A stretch of 64,000 bases of DNA, taken from IMG/VR virus record IMGVR_UViG_3300042691_018174, one strand, 5' to 3'. Source of the DNA: a virus. Positions 19,053-28,811 of this stretch are shown here, one piece after another. The number at the start of each line of letters is the position of its first letter. The stretch's first letter is position 1. A model generated the notes under the pieces. That model was not told the origin of the DNA. It ran no database searches and saw only the letters and a program-made list of their open reading frames with translations. A program made the translations under genes and the position numbers.

Positions 19053-22000
19053 ATGGCACAACTTGGATCACCTGGAGTACAGGTAAACGTAATAGACGAA
19101 AGTTTTTATAATCCTGCGACACCTGGAACTGTACCTTTAGTCATCGTAGCAACCGCACAAGATAAAGCTAATGCTGCAGGAACAGGTATAGCATTAGGAA
19201 CAACCGCAGAAAATTCAAACAGTCTTTATTTGGCAACTAGCCAAAAAGATTTAACAGATAGATTTGGAGTTCCCAAATTTGAAAAAGATTCTAGCTCAAA
19301 CGCAATACAAGGAAGCGAACTTAGCGAATATGGATTATTTGCTGCCTATAGTTTCTTAGGAGCAAGTAGCAGCGCATATGTATTGAGAGCAAATGTTGAT
19401 TTAGGTAAATTATCAGGATCAGCACTGGCCCCTGTAGGAAGCCCTGCTGCCGATACTTACTGGGTTGACACCTCAGCTACTAGATTTGGTATGTTTGAGT
19501 GGAATAGAGGACTTCAACAATTTGAAAATAAAATCCCCCTAGTCATCAACAGCGTAAATGACGTTATGTCGACTACTGGTGGAAACGCATACAAGCCTAA
19601 AGCCAGTGTTGGTGTTTCAGGCAATTACGCGATTGTTACCCTAAGGGACGACAACCAACTTTGGTATAAAAATATTGATAACGAATGGGTTAAAGTAGGA
19701 AGCAAAGGAGTTACAACTTTTGGAGCTAACGATTTTAATTCATTAGATTGGACTTCTAGTTGGCCAACAGTGACTTCTAAAGCATTTACAACTGTGCCTA
19801 TTACTAGCGTTAGTTACACAGGTGTAAGCCAGTCTAACACATCAGGCTCAGGAATCAATGCAACATTTAATATTACTAGAGCAAATGGTTCTTATACTGT
19901 AGCTGTTAGTAATCAAGGTTCAGGATATGTAGGTACAAATACTGTCACAATCTTAGGATCTTTGTTAGGCGGTGTTGATGGAACTAATAATTTAACTATT
20001 ACAGTGGACACAGTAGCAGCAGTTACTGGTGCTATCCTTTCAATTAGTTCAACTGGCACAGCAGCTACAGTTAGCGATCTTGGAATGAAAATTACTATCG
20101 GTAATTTTGATAGAAGCGGAACACCAACAGTTATTAACTATAAAATTGATGGTGGCGTATCTGGCGGCTCGGGCGGCACAGGTGCAACCCCAACAGAAAT
20201 CGCAACTCAACTTAACGCTTTACTACCAGCTTCAGTTGGTGTTAGAGTTAGAAACAGCAGATTAGAGTTCATTGCTAACTCTGATGTTTATATTAATTTA
20301 GAAGCTCCTGCAACAGGTACTAGTGCATTGGCAGTATCAAGCGCAACTCCTGCTCAAGTAGCAGCAAGTCCATTAGGTGTTGCAGAAGGTGTTTATAATG
20401 CTCCTAAGATACAATTCAGCGATCATACTAGAGTTCCTTTCTGGAATGTTGCTGATACAGTTAATACATATCCAAGTGCTAGACCAAGTGGTAGTATTTG
20501 GATTAAGATGACTGAATTTAATTTAGGTGCAAAGTGGTCTGTTAAAAACTTCAATAGTGATACAAAACTATTTGAAACTAATAATGTAGGCATGTTTACT
20601 GGCGCACCTGCTGCTATAGTATCTTTAGATCCTTTAGGCGGTGGCACAAACATACGTTTGAATACGGTGTTTGTTGACGCAGATCCTTCAAGAACAGATC
20701 TTGCTGGTTTTACATTAAGATATAGAAGTACTGTAGGATCTACAGTAGCTACTGTTACTGTTCCTTCAGGATTCGCAGCTGAAAATGAAACAATTACCAT
20801 TAGAGAAACTGTAAAAGGAAGTGCTGTACTGAATTCTAAAACCTTCGCAGTGGATGGTGAAACAGTTGAAGAATTTGTTCAAGCTATACAAGATGCGGGA
20901 CTAACTAATGTTACTGCTACATGGCAGCAAGATATTTCAAGATTAACATTGACTCATGCATTAGGCGGTGACATTGTTTTAATTGGTGATTCATGGGCAG
21001 AATTAGGATTTGCTGAAACTGTTACCAATGTGTATACTGCTGCATCAGGCATCAATGCTGATTTTGTTGTTTCAAATTGGAAGCCATTGATCCAGAAGAA
21101 CGCAACTCCATATGTTGTAGGTCCTTCACAACCAACAGACACTCCTGCTGACGGCACACTTTGGTATGCAAGTTATCAAAATCAAGTTGATATTATGGTA
21201 CATGATGGTGCAAAGTGGGCAGGGTACAACAACGTATTCCAAAATGCTAGTATATTGGTGCAAGCATCACGTCCTGGTTCATTAGGTAGAGTTTTTGGTG
21301 ATCTTTGGATTGATACTAGTGATCAAGAAAACTACGGAAGAAAAATGTACCGTTGGAACAACACCGCAAAAACTTGGGATGCGATTGATGTAACTGATCA
21401 TACAAGTCAATATGGTATTATCTATGCAGATGCACGTTGGGCTACAACAGGCGCAAGCTCTACTGCTAGTACTGTGGCAGATCTAATGTCAAGCAATTAT
21501 GTTGATTATGATTGTCCAGATCCAACAGCATATCCTAGAGGAATGTTGTTATGGAACACAAGAAGAAATGGCTTCAATATCAAACAATATAGAAAAGATT
21601 ACGTTAACGTTAACGAAATCAACACTAGATTTTCTGATGAAGCTCAAACAGCATATTATCCAGATCGTTGGGTAAGTGTTAGTGGTCAAGACTTGAATCA
21701 AGTCGCACACTTCGGAAGAAAAGCACAAAGAGCATATGTTGTTGGACAACTAAAAGTAGCTATCAACACTAGTCAAACAATTTTAGATGAAGATAATATT
21801 TTCTTTAACTTGATTGCATGTCCTGGATATCCAGAATTGATTAGTGACATGGTCAACCTAAACAATGCTAGAAATGGCACTGCATTGGTAATTGGTGATA
21901 CACCTTTAAGATTAGAAAGCAATGCACAATCTTTAATAGATTATGGTAACGATTCTGCTAACAGCGGTATTGACGGGGAACTTGGTTTACACACAGCAAG

Positions 22001-22655
22001 TGACCATTTAGCTGTATATTACCCAAGCGGTCTTTCAACTGATCTTAGCGGTTCTAACGTTGTTGTTCCAGCAAGCCACATGATGTTAAGAACTATTGCG
22101 ATCAGTGATCAACGTAGTTTCCAATGGTTTGCTCCAGCAGGAACACGTAGAGGCGGAATTACTAACGCTACATCTGTTGGATATTTAAAGAATGGTTCTT
22201 TTGTACCAGTGAGTTTGAATCAAGGCACTAGAGATCAAATGGCACAGGTAAAAATTAACCCAATTACAAATATCCCAGGCGCAGGATTAGTAGCATTTGG
22301 TCAATATACAAAAACAGGCATTAACAGTAGTTTAGATAGAGTAAATGTATCAAGACTAGTTAGTTACCTGCGTAGACAATTAGGGATCATTACAAAACCG
22401 TTCATATTTGAACCAAACGACAAACAAACAAGAAGCGAAATCAAGAACGTTTGTGAAAGTTTAATGTTAGACTTAGTTAGTTTGAGAGGCATTTATGACT
22501 TTATTGTGATTTGTGATGAATCAAACAATACACCATCGGTGATTAGTAACAATCAACTTTATGTTGATATTGCTGTAGAGCCGGTAAAAGCAGTTGAATT
22601 CATTTACATTCCTCTAAGATTGAAGAATGTCGGTGATATCAAGTCACGTCAATAA
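19053..22655 (+). CDS. gp18: contractile tail sheath protein with large insertions
   Basis: SPGVQVNVIDES, WFAPAGTRRG, INPI, DRVNVSRL, FEPND, P.KAVEFIYI. Confidence 0.95.
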   Translation: MAQLGSPGVQVNVIDESFYNPATPGTVPLVIVATAQDKANAAGTGIALGTTAENSNSLYLATSQKDLTDRFGVPKFEKDSSSNAIQGSELSEYGLFAAYSFLGASSSAYVLRANVDLGKLSGSALAPVGSPAADTYWVDTSATRFGMFEWNRGLQQFENKIPLVINSVNDVMSTTGGNAYKPKASVGVSGNYAIVTLRDDNQLWYKNIDNEWVKVGSKGVTTFGANDFNSLDWTSSWPTVTSKAFTTVPITSVSYTGVSQSNTSGSGINATFNITRANGSYTVAVSNQGSGYVGTNTVTILGSLLGGVDGTNNLTITVDTVAAVTGAILSISSTGTAATVSDLGMKITIGNFDRSGTPTVINYKIDGGVSGGSGGTGATPTEIATQLNALLPASVGVRVRNSRLEFIANSDVYINLEAPATGTSALAVSSATPAQVAASPLGVAEGVYNAPKIQFSDHTRVPFWNVADTVNTYPSARPSGSIWIKMTEFNLGAKWSVKNFNSDTKLFETNNVGMFTGAPAAIVSLDPLGGGTNIRLNTVFVDADPSRTDLAGFTLRYRSTVGSTVATVTVPSGFAAENETITIRETVKGSAVLNSKTFAVDGETVEEFVQAIQDAGLTNVTATWQQDISRLTLTHALGGDIVLIGDSWAELGFAETVTNVYTAASGINADFVVSNWKPLIQKNATPYVVGPSQPTDTPADGTLWYASYQNQVDIMVHDGAKWAGYNNVFQNASILVQASRPGSLGRVFGDLWIDTSDQENYGRKMYRWNNTAKTWDAIDVTDHTSQYGIIYADARWATTGASSTASTVADLMSSNYVDYDCPDPTAYPRGMLLWNTRRNGFNIKQYRKDYVNVNEINTRFSDEAQTAYYPDRWVSVSGQDLNQVAHFGRKAQRAYVVGQLKVAINTSQTILDEDNIFFNLIACPGYPELISDMVNLNNARNGTALVIGDTPLRLESNAQSLIDYGNDSANSGIDGELGLHTASDHLAVYYPSGLSTDLSGSNVVVPASHMMLRTIAISDQRSFQWFAPAGTRRGGITNATSVGYLKNGSFVPVSLNQGTRDQMAQVKINPITNIPGAGLVAFGQYTKTGINSSLDRVNVSRLVSYLRRQLGIITKPFIFEPNDKQTRSEIKNVCESLMLDLVSLRGIYDFIVICDESNNTPSVISNNQLYVDIAVEPVKAVEFIYIPLRLKNVGDIKSRQ

Positions 22656-22668
22656 GGAGAGCTTATAA

Positions 22669-23301
22669 ATGGCGATTACAAGTTTAAGTAGATTTACAGT
22701 ACCCATTCCAGGGGGTCAAAGCAACCCTAGCCAGGGTCTACTAATGCCCAAGCTCAAATACAGATTTAGAGTAACATTAGGTAACTTTGGAGTAACAAAA
22801 TCAACAACTGAGTTGACGAAACAAGTCATGACAGTTGCTAGGCCAAACGTACAATTTGACAGTCAAACCATTGACGTTTACAACAGCAAGATTTTCTATG
22901 CTGGTAAACACACATGGCAACCAATTAGTATGACTGTAAGAGATGATATCAATGGCGAAGTTGCTAGATTAGTTGGCGAGCAAGTACAGAAACAATTTGA
23001 TATGTTAGAGCAAGTCAGCGCATATAGCGGCAGTGATTATAAGTTTGTTACAAAAATTGAAATTTTAGATGGCGGTAACGGTAATGTTAACGAGCCAAAT
23101 ATTTTAGAAGTTTTTGAATTATATGGCTGTTTCTTAACAGACGTTAATTATAACGAATTAACGTATGCTGAGAGCGCACCAGTAGACATTACAATGGCTA
23201 TACAATATGACAATGCTGTACAATATGGAAAAGATGGGGCACAACCTGTTACATTTGGTTCAGTAATTGCACGTGGAGTCAGATCAAGTTTAACTGGTTA
23301 A
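22669..23301 (+). CDS. gp19: tail tube protein
   Basis: Follows sheath; YRFRV, AGKHTW, RDD, IQYD. Confidence 0.9.
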   Translation: MAITSLSRFTVPIPGGQSNPSQGLLMPKLKYRFRVTLGNFGVTKSTTELTKQVMTVARPNVQFDSQTIDVYNSKIFYAGKHTWQPISMTVRDDINGEVARLVGEQVQKQFDMLEQVSAYSGSDYKFVTKIEILDGGNGNVNEPNILEVFELYGCFLTDVNYNELTYAESAPVDITMAIQYDNAVQYGKDGAQPVTFGSVIARGVRSSLTG

Positions 23302-23328
23302 TAGAAATTAAAATTCTGGGAGTGGATC

Positions 23329-23356
23329 AAAAGCCTGGTTTTCGCCAGGCTTTTTT
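23329..23356 (+). terminator. intrinsic terminator
   Basis: AAAAGCCTGG-TTTTCG-CCAGGC-TTTTTT. Confidence 0.85.
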
Positions 23357-23363
23357 AATGGGC

Positions 23364-23369
23364 TAAATA
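23364..23369 (+). promoter_or_regulatory. late promoter core TAAATA, 5 nt before ATG
   Basis: TAAATA-TTATT-ATG. Confidence 0.7.
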
Positions 23370-23374
23370 TTATT

Positions 23375-24619
23375 ATGGCCAATATCTTTACTAACTTCTT
23401 AGACAGTGTTTCTGGGGATCTTAAGAATACCAATCTGAAAGATTACAGACACGCAAATAAACTGTTTGTACAAAACTTTTATCGACTTGCCCCTAAACAC
23501 GGATTTTTATACTTCGTTAAATTCCGTTTGAACCCAAACGTAGCACAAACTGATGCTTGGAAAAATAATAGATTAGATTTAGAATTAGGAATGTTAGTTA
23601 AAAGTTGCGAGCTTCCTAAAATATCTTTCGAAGGTCAAACATTAAACATATATAATAAAAAACAACCTGTTTACACTAAAATATTGTATAATCCTCTGAA
23701 CATGGTATTGCATGATGATAATCGAGGATTGGTCAGAGAATTTTGGCAGATGTACTATCAGTATTATTCTTCAGATAGTTATTATGCAGGCAGCAATGCA
23801 ACGCCAGGTATATTACCTGTGAATCCAGTAAACAGATATGAAAAACCTGCACCTGTTTCGCAACAACAATTAAATGCAAGAGCAACACCGAATGGTTCAT
23901 ATGTTGATACAACTGATCCTGCACGTTATGGTCTAGACACAACTATGAAAGAACAGTTGATAAGATCTATAGAAATATATCAGTTAAGTAGAAAAGATTT
24001 CTTTTTACATACATTGATTAATCCAAAAATTAGATCTTGGAACATGGATACTTTAGCTTCTGACAGTAAAAATTTACTAACTCATAATGTCACTTTTGAA
24101 TATGAAGGAGTTTATTTTGGCTCTGGTAAAGTTACTAGATTTAACCCTGATGGATGGACTGATCTACATTATGATTTAGACCCTAGCCCAATAGGCGGGA
24201 TTTTTGGTAAGACACAAAATGGATTGTATGGTCCTGGTGGATTAATACAAGACGGAACAACATTGTATGCTGATATCACAGATGCTCAACAAAACCAAAA
24301 TCTAGATCAAAGACAAGCGTTAGCTCTTTTATTTAGAAGTGCGAGGCTTATTAGTAATGCTAGTAATCTTGATGTTGATTTAGCTAGAAAACAAGTAGAA
24401 GAAACTTTCATAAATAGCGTTACCATAACAAACCAAAGCAGCACTAGTAATGGCGCTGTACAAGGGTTAAATGTTAATAGACCTAATGATGGTTCAAATA
24501 ATACTGAAGCAGTTAGTAGACAAGTATCGCCTGAATTTAATCCTAATAACTCTGCGATCAATACAAATACTGCAGGTACTCCTGATGGGTCTAACACAGT
24601 TCCTGTTTCTAGAGCTTAA
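23375..24619 (+). CDS. tail-tube-fold baseplate protein (gp48/gp54-like)
   Basis: ELPK..., Y.P..M..HDD, L.NP.I, VTFEYE pattern paralogous to tube. Confidence 0.6.
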   Translation: MANIFTNFLDSVSGDLKNTNLKDYRHANKLFVQNFYRLAPKHGFLYFVKFRLNPNVAQTDAWKNNRLDLELGMLVKSCELPKISFEGQTLNIYNKKQPVYTKILYNPLNMVLHDDNRGLVREFWQMYYQYYSSDSYYAGSNATPGILPVNPVNRYEKPAPVSQQQLNARATPNGSYVDTTDPARYGLDTTMKEQLIRSIEIYQLSRKDFFLHTLINPKIRSWNMDTLASDSKNLLTHNVTFEYEGVYFGSGKVTRFNPDGWTDLHYDLDPSPIGGIFGKTQNGLYGPGGLIQDGTTLYADITDAQQNQNLDQRQALALLFRSARLISNASNLDVDLARKQVEETFINSVTITNQSSTSNGAVQGLNVNRPNDGSNNTEAVSRQVSPEFNPNNSAINTNTAGTPDGSNTVPVSRA

Positions 24620-24629
24620 GGAAATTTAA

Positions 24630-25007
24630 ATGGCAACAAATTATTCTAACTTACCAAGTAAATCTAATACTTCAAGTGAATCAAAAGTTATACAATACTT
24701 TGATAATTATTATACTAAACCTACAGAATTAGATGTTGGCAATATTGACGTTATGCGAGGGTTTTTTGAGCAAAGAGGATTCCAATCTGAAAGTGCAAAA
24801 AATATTACCTACTTAATTTTAAAAACAGCCAAGCAAAGTAATTATACATCCCAAGAGATTTTAGAAGCATTGTCATCATATAATGATCAACAGTTAAATG
24901 ATTTTTTATTAAGCATTTTGAATTTTAATAGAGCCAAAACAAGTACACTAGGATCTATTAAAAAAGTTGAAACTACCGAAATCATAATGAGAAATATTGT
25001 AGCATGA
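24630..25007 (+). CDS. hypothetical protein
   Basis: 125-aa ORF with RBS, ATGA-coupled to the next gene. Confidence 0.7.
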   Translation: MATNYSNLPSKSNTSSESKVIQYFDNYYTKPTELDVGNIDVMRGFFEQRGFQSESAKNITYLILKTAKQSNYTSQEILEALSSYNDQQLNDFLLSILNFNRAKTSTLGSIKKVETTEIIMRNIVA

Positions 25008-25447
25008 GTTTAGCAAAATTTTCTAAAGGTAGATTTCTTCTAAAAAATCCTGACAAATATGTAGGGAATCATGAACCTTTATATAGAAGCAGTTGGGAAT
25101 GGCATTTCATGCAAATGTGTGACAGTCATCCCAATATAACTAACTGGGCCAGCGAAGGAGTAAAGATACCTTATTTAGATCCCACTACTGGTAGACAAAC
25201 TGTATATGTTCCAGATTTTCTAATACAATATGAAGATAGACACGGAAAGAAAAGAACAGAACTAGTAGAGATAAAACCTTCTAATCAAATGTTAAAAGAG
25301 AGGGTAGGCAAAAATCCATACAATCAGATGCAGTATGTGAAAAATCAAGCCAAATGGGCTGCTGCTGGAGCATGGTGTAAACAGAACGGTATCGTATTTA
25401 GGATAATTAATGAAAACGACATTTTTCATAATGGAAAGAAAAGATGA
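25004..25447 (+). CDS. gp4: head completion nuclease (TnsA-like)
   Basis: NPDKY.G, YRSSWE, WASE, Y.PDF, EIKP, KWAAA. Confidence 0.92.
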   Translation: MSLAKFSKGRFLLKNPDKYVGNHEPLYRSSWEWHFMQMCDSHPNITNWASEGVKIPYLDPTTGRQTVYVPDFLIQYEDRHGKKRTELVEIKPSNQMLKERVGKNPYNQMQYVKNQAKWAAAGAWCKQNGIVFRIINENDIFHNGKKR

Positions 25448-25935
25448 CTAAAAAATTAGAAGAACTATTAGATCTTCCTCCAAAAAATGAATCTATGATA
25501 TCCCAGGAGATTATAGATCCAAAGACTATTGAGAAGGAATCAGAAGAGCGTATCAGAACTATTGAAGAATTTGATAAAATATCAGCAGCTCTTCCTCAAG
25601 TAAAAGGATTGGGCGACCTCAGTGACTCTGAATTAGACACTCTGGCTCAAAAAGCTACAGATGCATATGATGATCTTATGGATTTGGGCATGAATGTTGA
25701 AGCTAGATATGGTGCTAGGATATTTGAAGTAGCGCAGTCTGCATTGAAAAATGCTATAGATGCTAAATCTGCTAAGATAGATAAAAAGCTAAAGATGATA
25801 GAATTGCAGCTGAAAAAGCAGAAATTAGATCAAGATAGAGATGATGTGGATGACGGTAGTGTAGTTGAAGGCCGGGCCTTTATTGTTTCTGACCGTAATA
25901 GCCTGCTACAAAAGTTAAAAAACATTGATAAATAA
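25444..25935 (+). CDS. putative terminase small subunit (gp16-like)
   Basis: Helical R.FEVA...K pattern and C-terminal FIVSDRNSLLQKLK; upstream of gp17. Confidence 0.55.
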   Translation: MTKKLEELLDLPPKNESMISQEIIDPKTIEKESEERIRTIEEFDKISAALPQVKGLGDLSDSELDTLAQKATDAYDDLMDLGMNVEARYGARIFEVAQSALKNAIDAKSAKIDKKLKMIELQLKKQKLDQDRDDVDDGSVVEGRAFIVSDRNSLLQKLKNIDK

Positions 25936-25951
25936 ATCAAAGGATCCAAAA

Positions 25952-26479
25952 ATGAAAACTTTTAAAGAATATATTACAGAATCTTTTGATAAAAAGAAAT
26001 ATCTGTTCAAAGTCAAGATCGCTGGCGATATTTCTGAAGATCAACAGACTATATTAAAAACTGCCTTAGAAAAATATAAGGTAGAAAACTTCGCTAAAAA
26101 CAGTACTACCCCAATTCAATCTCTGCCATTGGATTTTCCTAAACTAAGAAACACTAGTGTTAATATCTATGATGTTACTTTGGCGTACCCAGTGACACAA
26201 TATGAATTACATGAATATATCTGCAACAATATTAAATTAGGTGCTGACCATGTTGTAGTAAGAAATCCTTTTGAACCAACAGAAGAATATCAAAATGTCG
26301 ATAAAGACAGCGATAAAAAAACTGCACTATTGAGTGACTCTGAATATAAAGAAGCATCTAAAGTAAAAGTTGAGGATTACTTTGGCGACAAGTTCAATGA
26401 AAATCTTCTTAAAGACTTAGCTAAGGCTTCTAAAGAAAGAGCCAAAGAACAAGGTTTAAAAATTCCTAAAGGCAAGTAA
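25952..26479 (+). CDS. putative prohead/internal head protein
   Basis: Starts MKTFKEYITE, like T4 internal-protein capsid-targeting leaders; TAAATA and AGGA upstream. Confidence 0.6.
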   Translation: MKTFKEYITESFDKKKYLFKVKIAGDISEDQQTILKTALEKYKVENFAKNSTTPIQSLPLDFPKLRNTSVNIYDVTLAYPVTQYELHEYICNNIKLGADHVVVRNPFEPTEEYQNVDKDSDKKTALLSDSEYKEASKVKVEDYFGDKFNENLLKDLAKASKERAKEQGLKIPKGK

Positions 26480-26481
26480 TT

Positions 26482-28809
26482 ATGGATTTAAAGGCTATAT
26501 CTGCTAAGTTGGCGGAACTGGAAAAGCTGTCAAAGCAATCACAAACGTCAACTGCTGCACCTACTAATAAGGTTCCAGGGCAACAGCCTTCAATGACTCC
26601 TACGTCTAATAGTCCAAGTACAGTTACTACTCCTAATAATACAGATCAAGAAACAAAACAATTGGCTGTTGATTTACAAAAGCAATTAGATACTTTAAAA
26701 AATCAACAAGTATCAGCGTCTCCGCAGACTATGCAGGCACGGTCAGGAACTTCAATGATTCCGCCTCAGGAAAAAGATGAGCCAATAAACAAGGATACGC
26801 AAGGTCCTAAAACTGATCTACAGCAAAATAAAAAACCAGGTGAGCCTGTAGTAGAAAAAAAAGTTACCAGACAAGAATATATTGATGATAGGAAAAAAGC
26901 TGTTGCCCTGGAACCATCATTATATTTTAATCTTAGACCAGATACTCAAGAAGAAATATATAATTCTTTACCTGCTTCGGCACAAAAAGTTGTCAGATTG
27001 CAGAACAAGTATAGAAAAGCAGTTGCAAGTACTGATACTAAAGAAGGCGACTTACAAAAAATAAGTAAGGCGTTAGACAGTGCTAGAACCGAACATAAAA
27101 AAACTTTAGATGCACCTGCTGCATCTGATGCAAACACTCAACCAAATGCATCTGCTGCATCTAATGCAAACACTCAACCAAATGCATCTGCTGCATCTAA
27201 TGCAAACACTCAACCAAATGCATCTGCTGCATCTAATGCAAACACTCAACCAAATCCACCTGCTGCAAATACTTCATCTAGACAACTACCAAAAGACGGT
27301 GTAGTAGGAACTGCTTTACAAAAATACGGAGTATCAAAAGCTGATAGAAGAAATCCAGAATTTGTTACTAGAGTATTAGGGCCAGGTTATGAAGCAGGCA
27401 GCGCAAAGGCAAATTTAGCGTTGTTATCAAAAGCTAAAAAAGGTGAAATTAATACTTCTACAAGTTCCTCATCGAGTAGTGTATCAAGTGGTACTGGTTC
27501 AGATACAGGAGAACCAGACGAGACAGATGCCCAACGTCAAGCTCGTCTAGAACGAGAGAGACTTGATCAAATAGAGCAAGATAAAAAATATGGGATCCAA
27601 CGTTCTGATGACGCTACGAGAAGAGCTGAGGCTGAAACTGCTGCTGCTCGGGAAAGAGAAATAGATGCGGAAGTTGCTGCATTTTTAGCCGCCCATCCAG
27701 GTGTCACTTACGACAAGAACAATAGCACATTCAAAGATGCTAATGGTAATCCTTTAGGAAGTTATAATACAGCTATTAATCCTGATACTAATAAAATTTA
27801 CGGAATTGATATTTCAGGTAGAAAAGATTTTGTCACTACTCATCCAAATGTTTATAGAGGCAAGGAACAACCAGCTACACGAAGTGATTCTACTGCTAGT
27901 AATGGTAATGGCGGTTCACAGGTTGCTACCCAGACTTCAAATAATTCATCTAACTCACAATCATCGGCACCAGCTACACAAAGTGATTCTACTGCTAGTA
28001 ATGGTAATGGCAGTTCACAGGTTGCTAGCCAGACTGCAAATGATTCATCTAACCCACAACAGGAACCAGCTAAAAATGATTATTCAAAACTTAGTTTTGA
28101 CGATTTGAGACATTTGTCGCAAACTGATCCTGACGCAAGAGAAGAAGTTGGAAAAAGAATGGCTTCTGGAAAACTACAAGAAGAATTGGCTCTAAGATTA
28201 GATTTGTTAGTAAATGAAATTTTAGAAAATTCTGCTACTGCAACTATAGATAATAGAGCTAATAAACAAGCACCTAAAACTACTATCGGTTCTGATATAA
28301 TAGACAAAGTTTCTAAAGCTATTCCAGAGCCAGTAAAAAGTGCATCTAAAAAAGTAGTTAACAATCCAGTATCTCGTACTGCTTTAAAATTTGGTGGACC
28401 AGCCGCAGGGGTATACAGTGCATTTAATTCTATAAATGATTTTGAAGATGCCGATATCGCAGCAGCCAAAGGAGACAAAGTCGGAAAATGGATTAAAAAT
28501 GCCAAAGGTGTTACTAATCTAGGACTGGGAGTTTCTGGAGCTGCTACACTAATACCTGCAACTTGGCCTGTTTCTATTCCAGCTGACATTGCTCTAGCCA
28601 TAGCCAGCGGAAGTCTTGAAGCAGCTGATTGGGTCAATGACCAAATGAATAAGCCAAGAAGTAAAAAAGACATAGAACGCCAAATGTCAAATGTTGATGC
28701 CTTGGGCAATTTCACTGGCGATTATGGTATGATGCCTGAAACACATGACAAGATAAGAGAAGATTTGAATCAAATACTCATGTTATCAAAGTATAAATTA
28801 GGACAATAA
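26482..28809 (+). CDS. low-complexity putative internal head protein
   Basis: 775 aa, S/A/N/Q-rich repeats, C-terminal Gly/Ala hydrophobic segment. Confidence 0.6.
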   Translation: MDLKAISAKLAELEKLSKQSQTSTAAPTNKVPGQQPSMTPTSNSPSTVTTPNNTDQETKQLAVDLQKQLDTLKNQQVSASPQTMQARSGTSMIPPQEKDEPINKDTQGPKTDLQQNKKPGEPVVEKKVTRQEYIDDRKKAVALEPSLYFNLRPDTQEEIYNSLPASAQKVVRLQNKYRKAVASTDTKEGDLQKISKALDSARTEHKKTLDAPAASDANTQPNASAASNANTQPNASAASNANTQPNASAASNANTQPNPPAANTSSRQLPKDGVVGTALQKYGVSKADRRNPEFVTRVLGPGYEAGSAKANLALLSKAKKGEINTSTSSSSSSVSSGTGSDTGEPDETDAQRQARLERERLDQIEQDKKYGIQRSDDATRRAEAETAAAREREIDAEVAAFLAAHPGVTYDKNNSTFKDANGNPLGSYNTAINPDTNKIYGIDISGRKDFVTTHPNVYRGKEQPATRSDSTASNGNGGSQVATQTSNNSSNSQSSAPATQSDSTASNGNGSSQVASQTANDSSNPQQEPAKNDYSKLSFDDLRHLSQTDPDAREEVGKRMASGKLQEELALRLDLLVNEILENSATATIDNRANKQAPKTTIGSDIIDKVSKAIPEPVKSASKKVVNNPVSRTALKFGGPAAGVYSAFNSINDFEDADIAAAKGDKVGKWIKNAKGVTNLGLGVSGAATLIPATWPVSIPADIALAIASGSLEAADWVNDQMNKPRSKKDIERQMSNVDALGNFTGDYGMMPETHDKIREDLNQILMLSKYKLGQ
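27109..27255 (+). repeat. 36-bp coding tandem repeat x4 (NASAASNANTQP)
   Basis: AATGCATCTGCTGCATCTAATGCAAACACTCAACCA units. Confidence 0.9.
27870..28059 (+). repeat. 99-bp-period coding duplication
   Basis: ACCAGCTACAC..GTGATTCTACTGCTAGTAATGG at 27870 and 27969. Confidence 0.9.
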
Positions 28810-28811
28810 TT

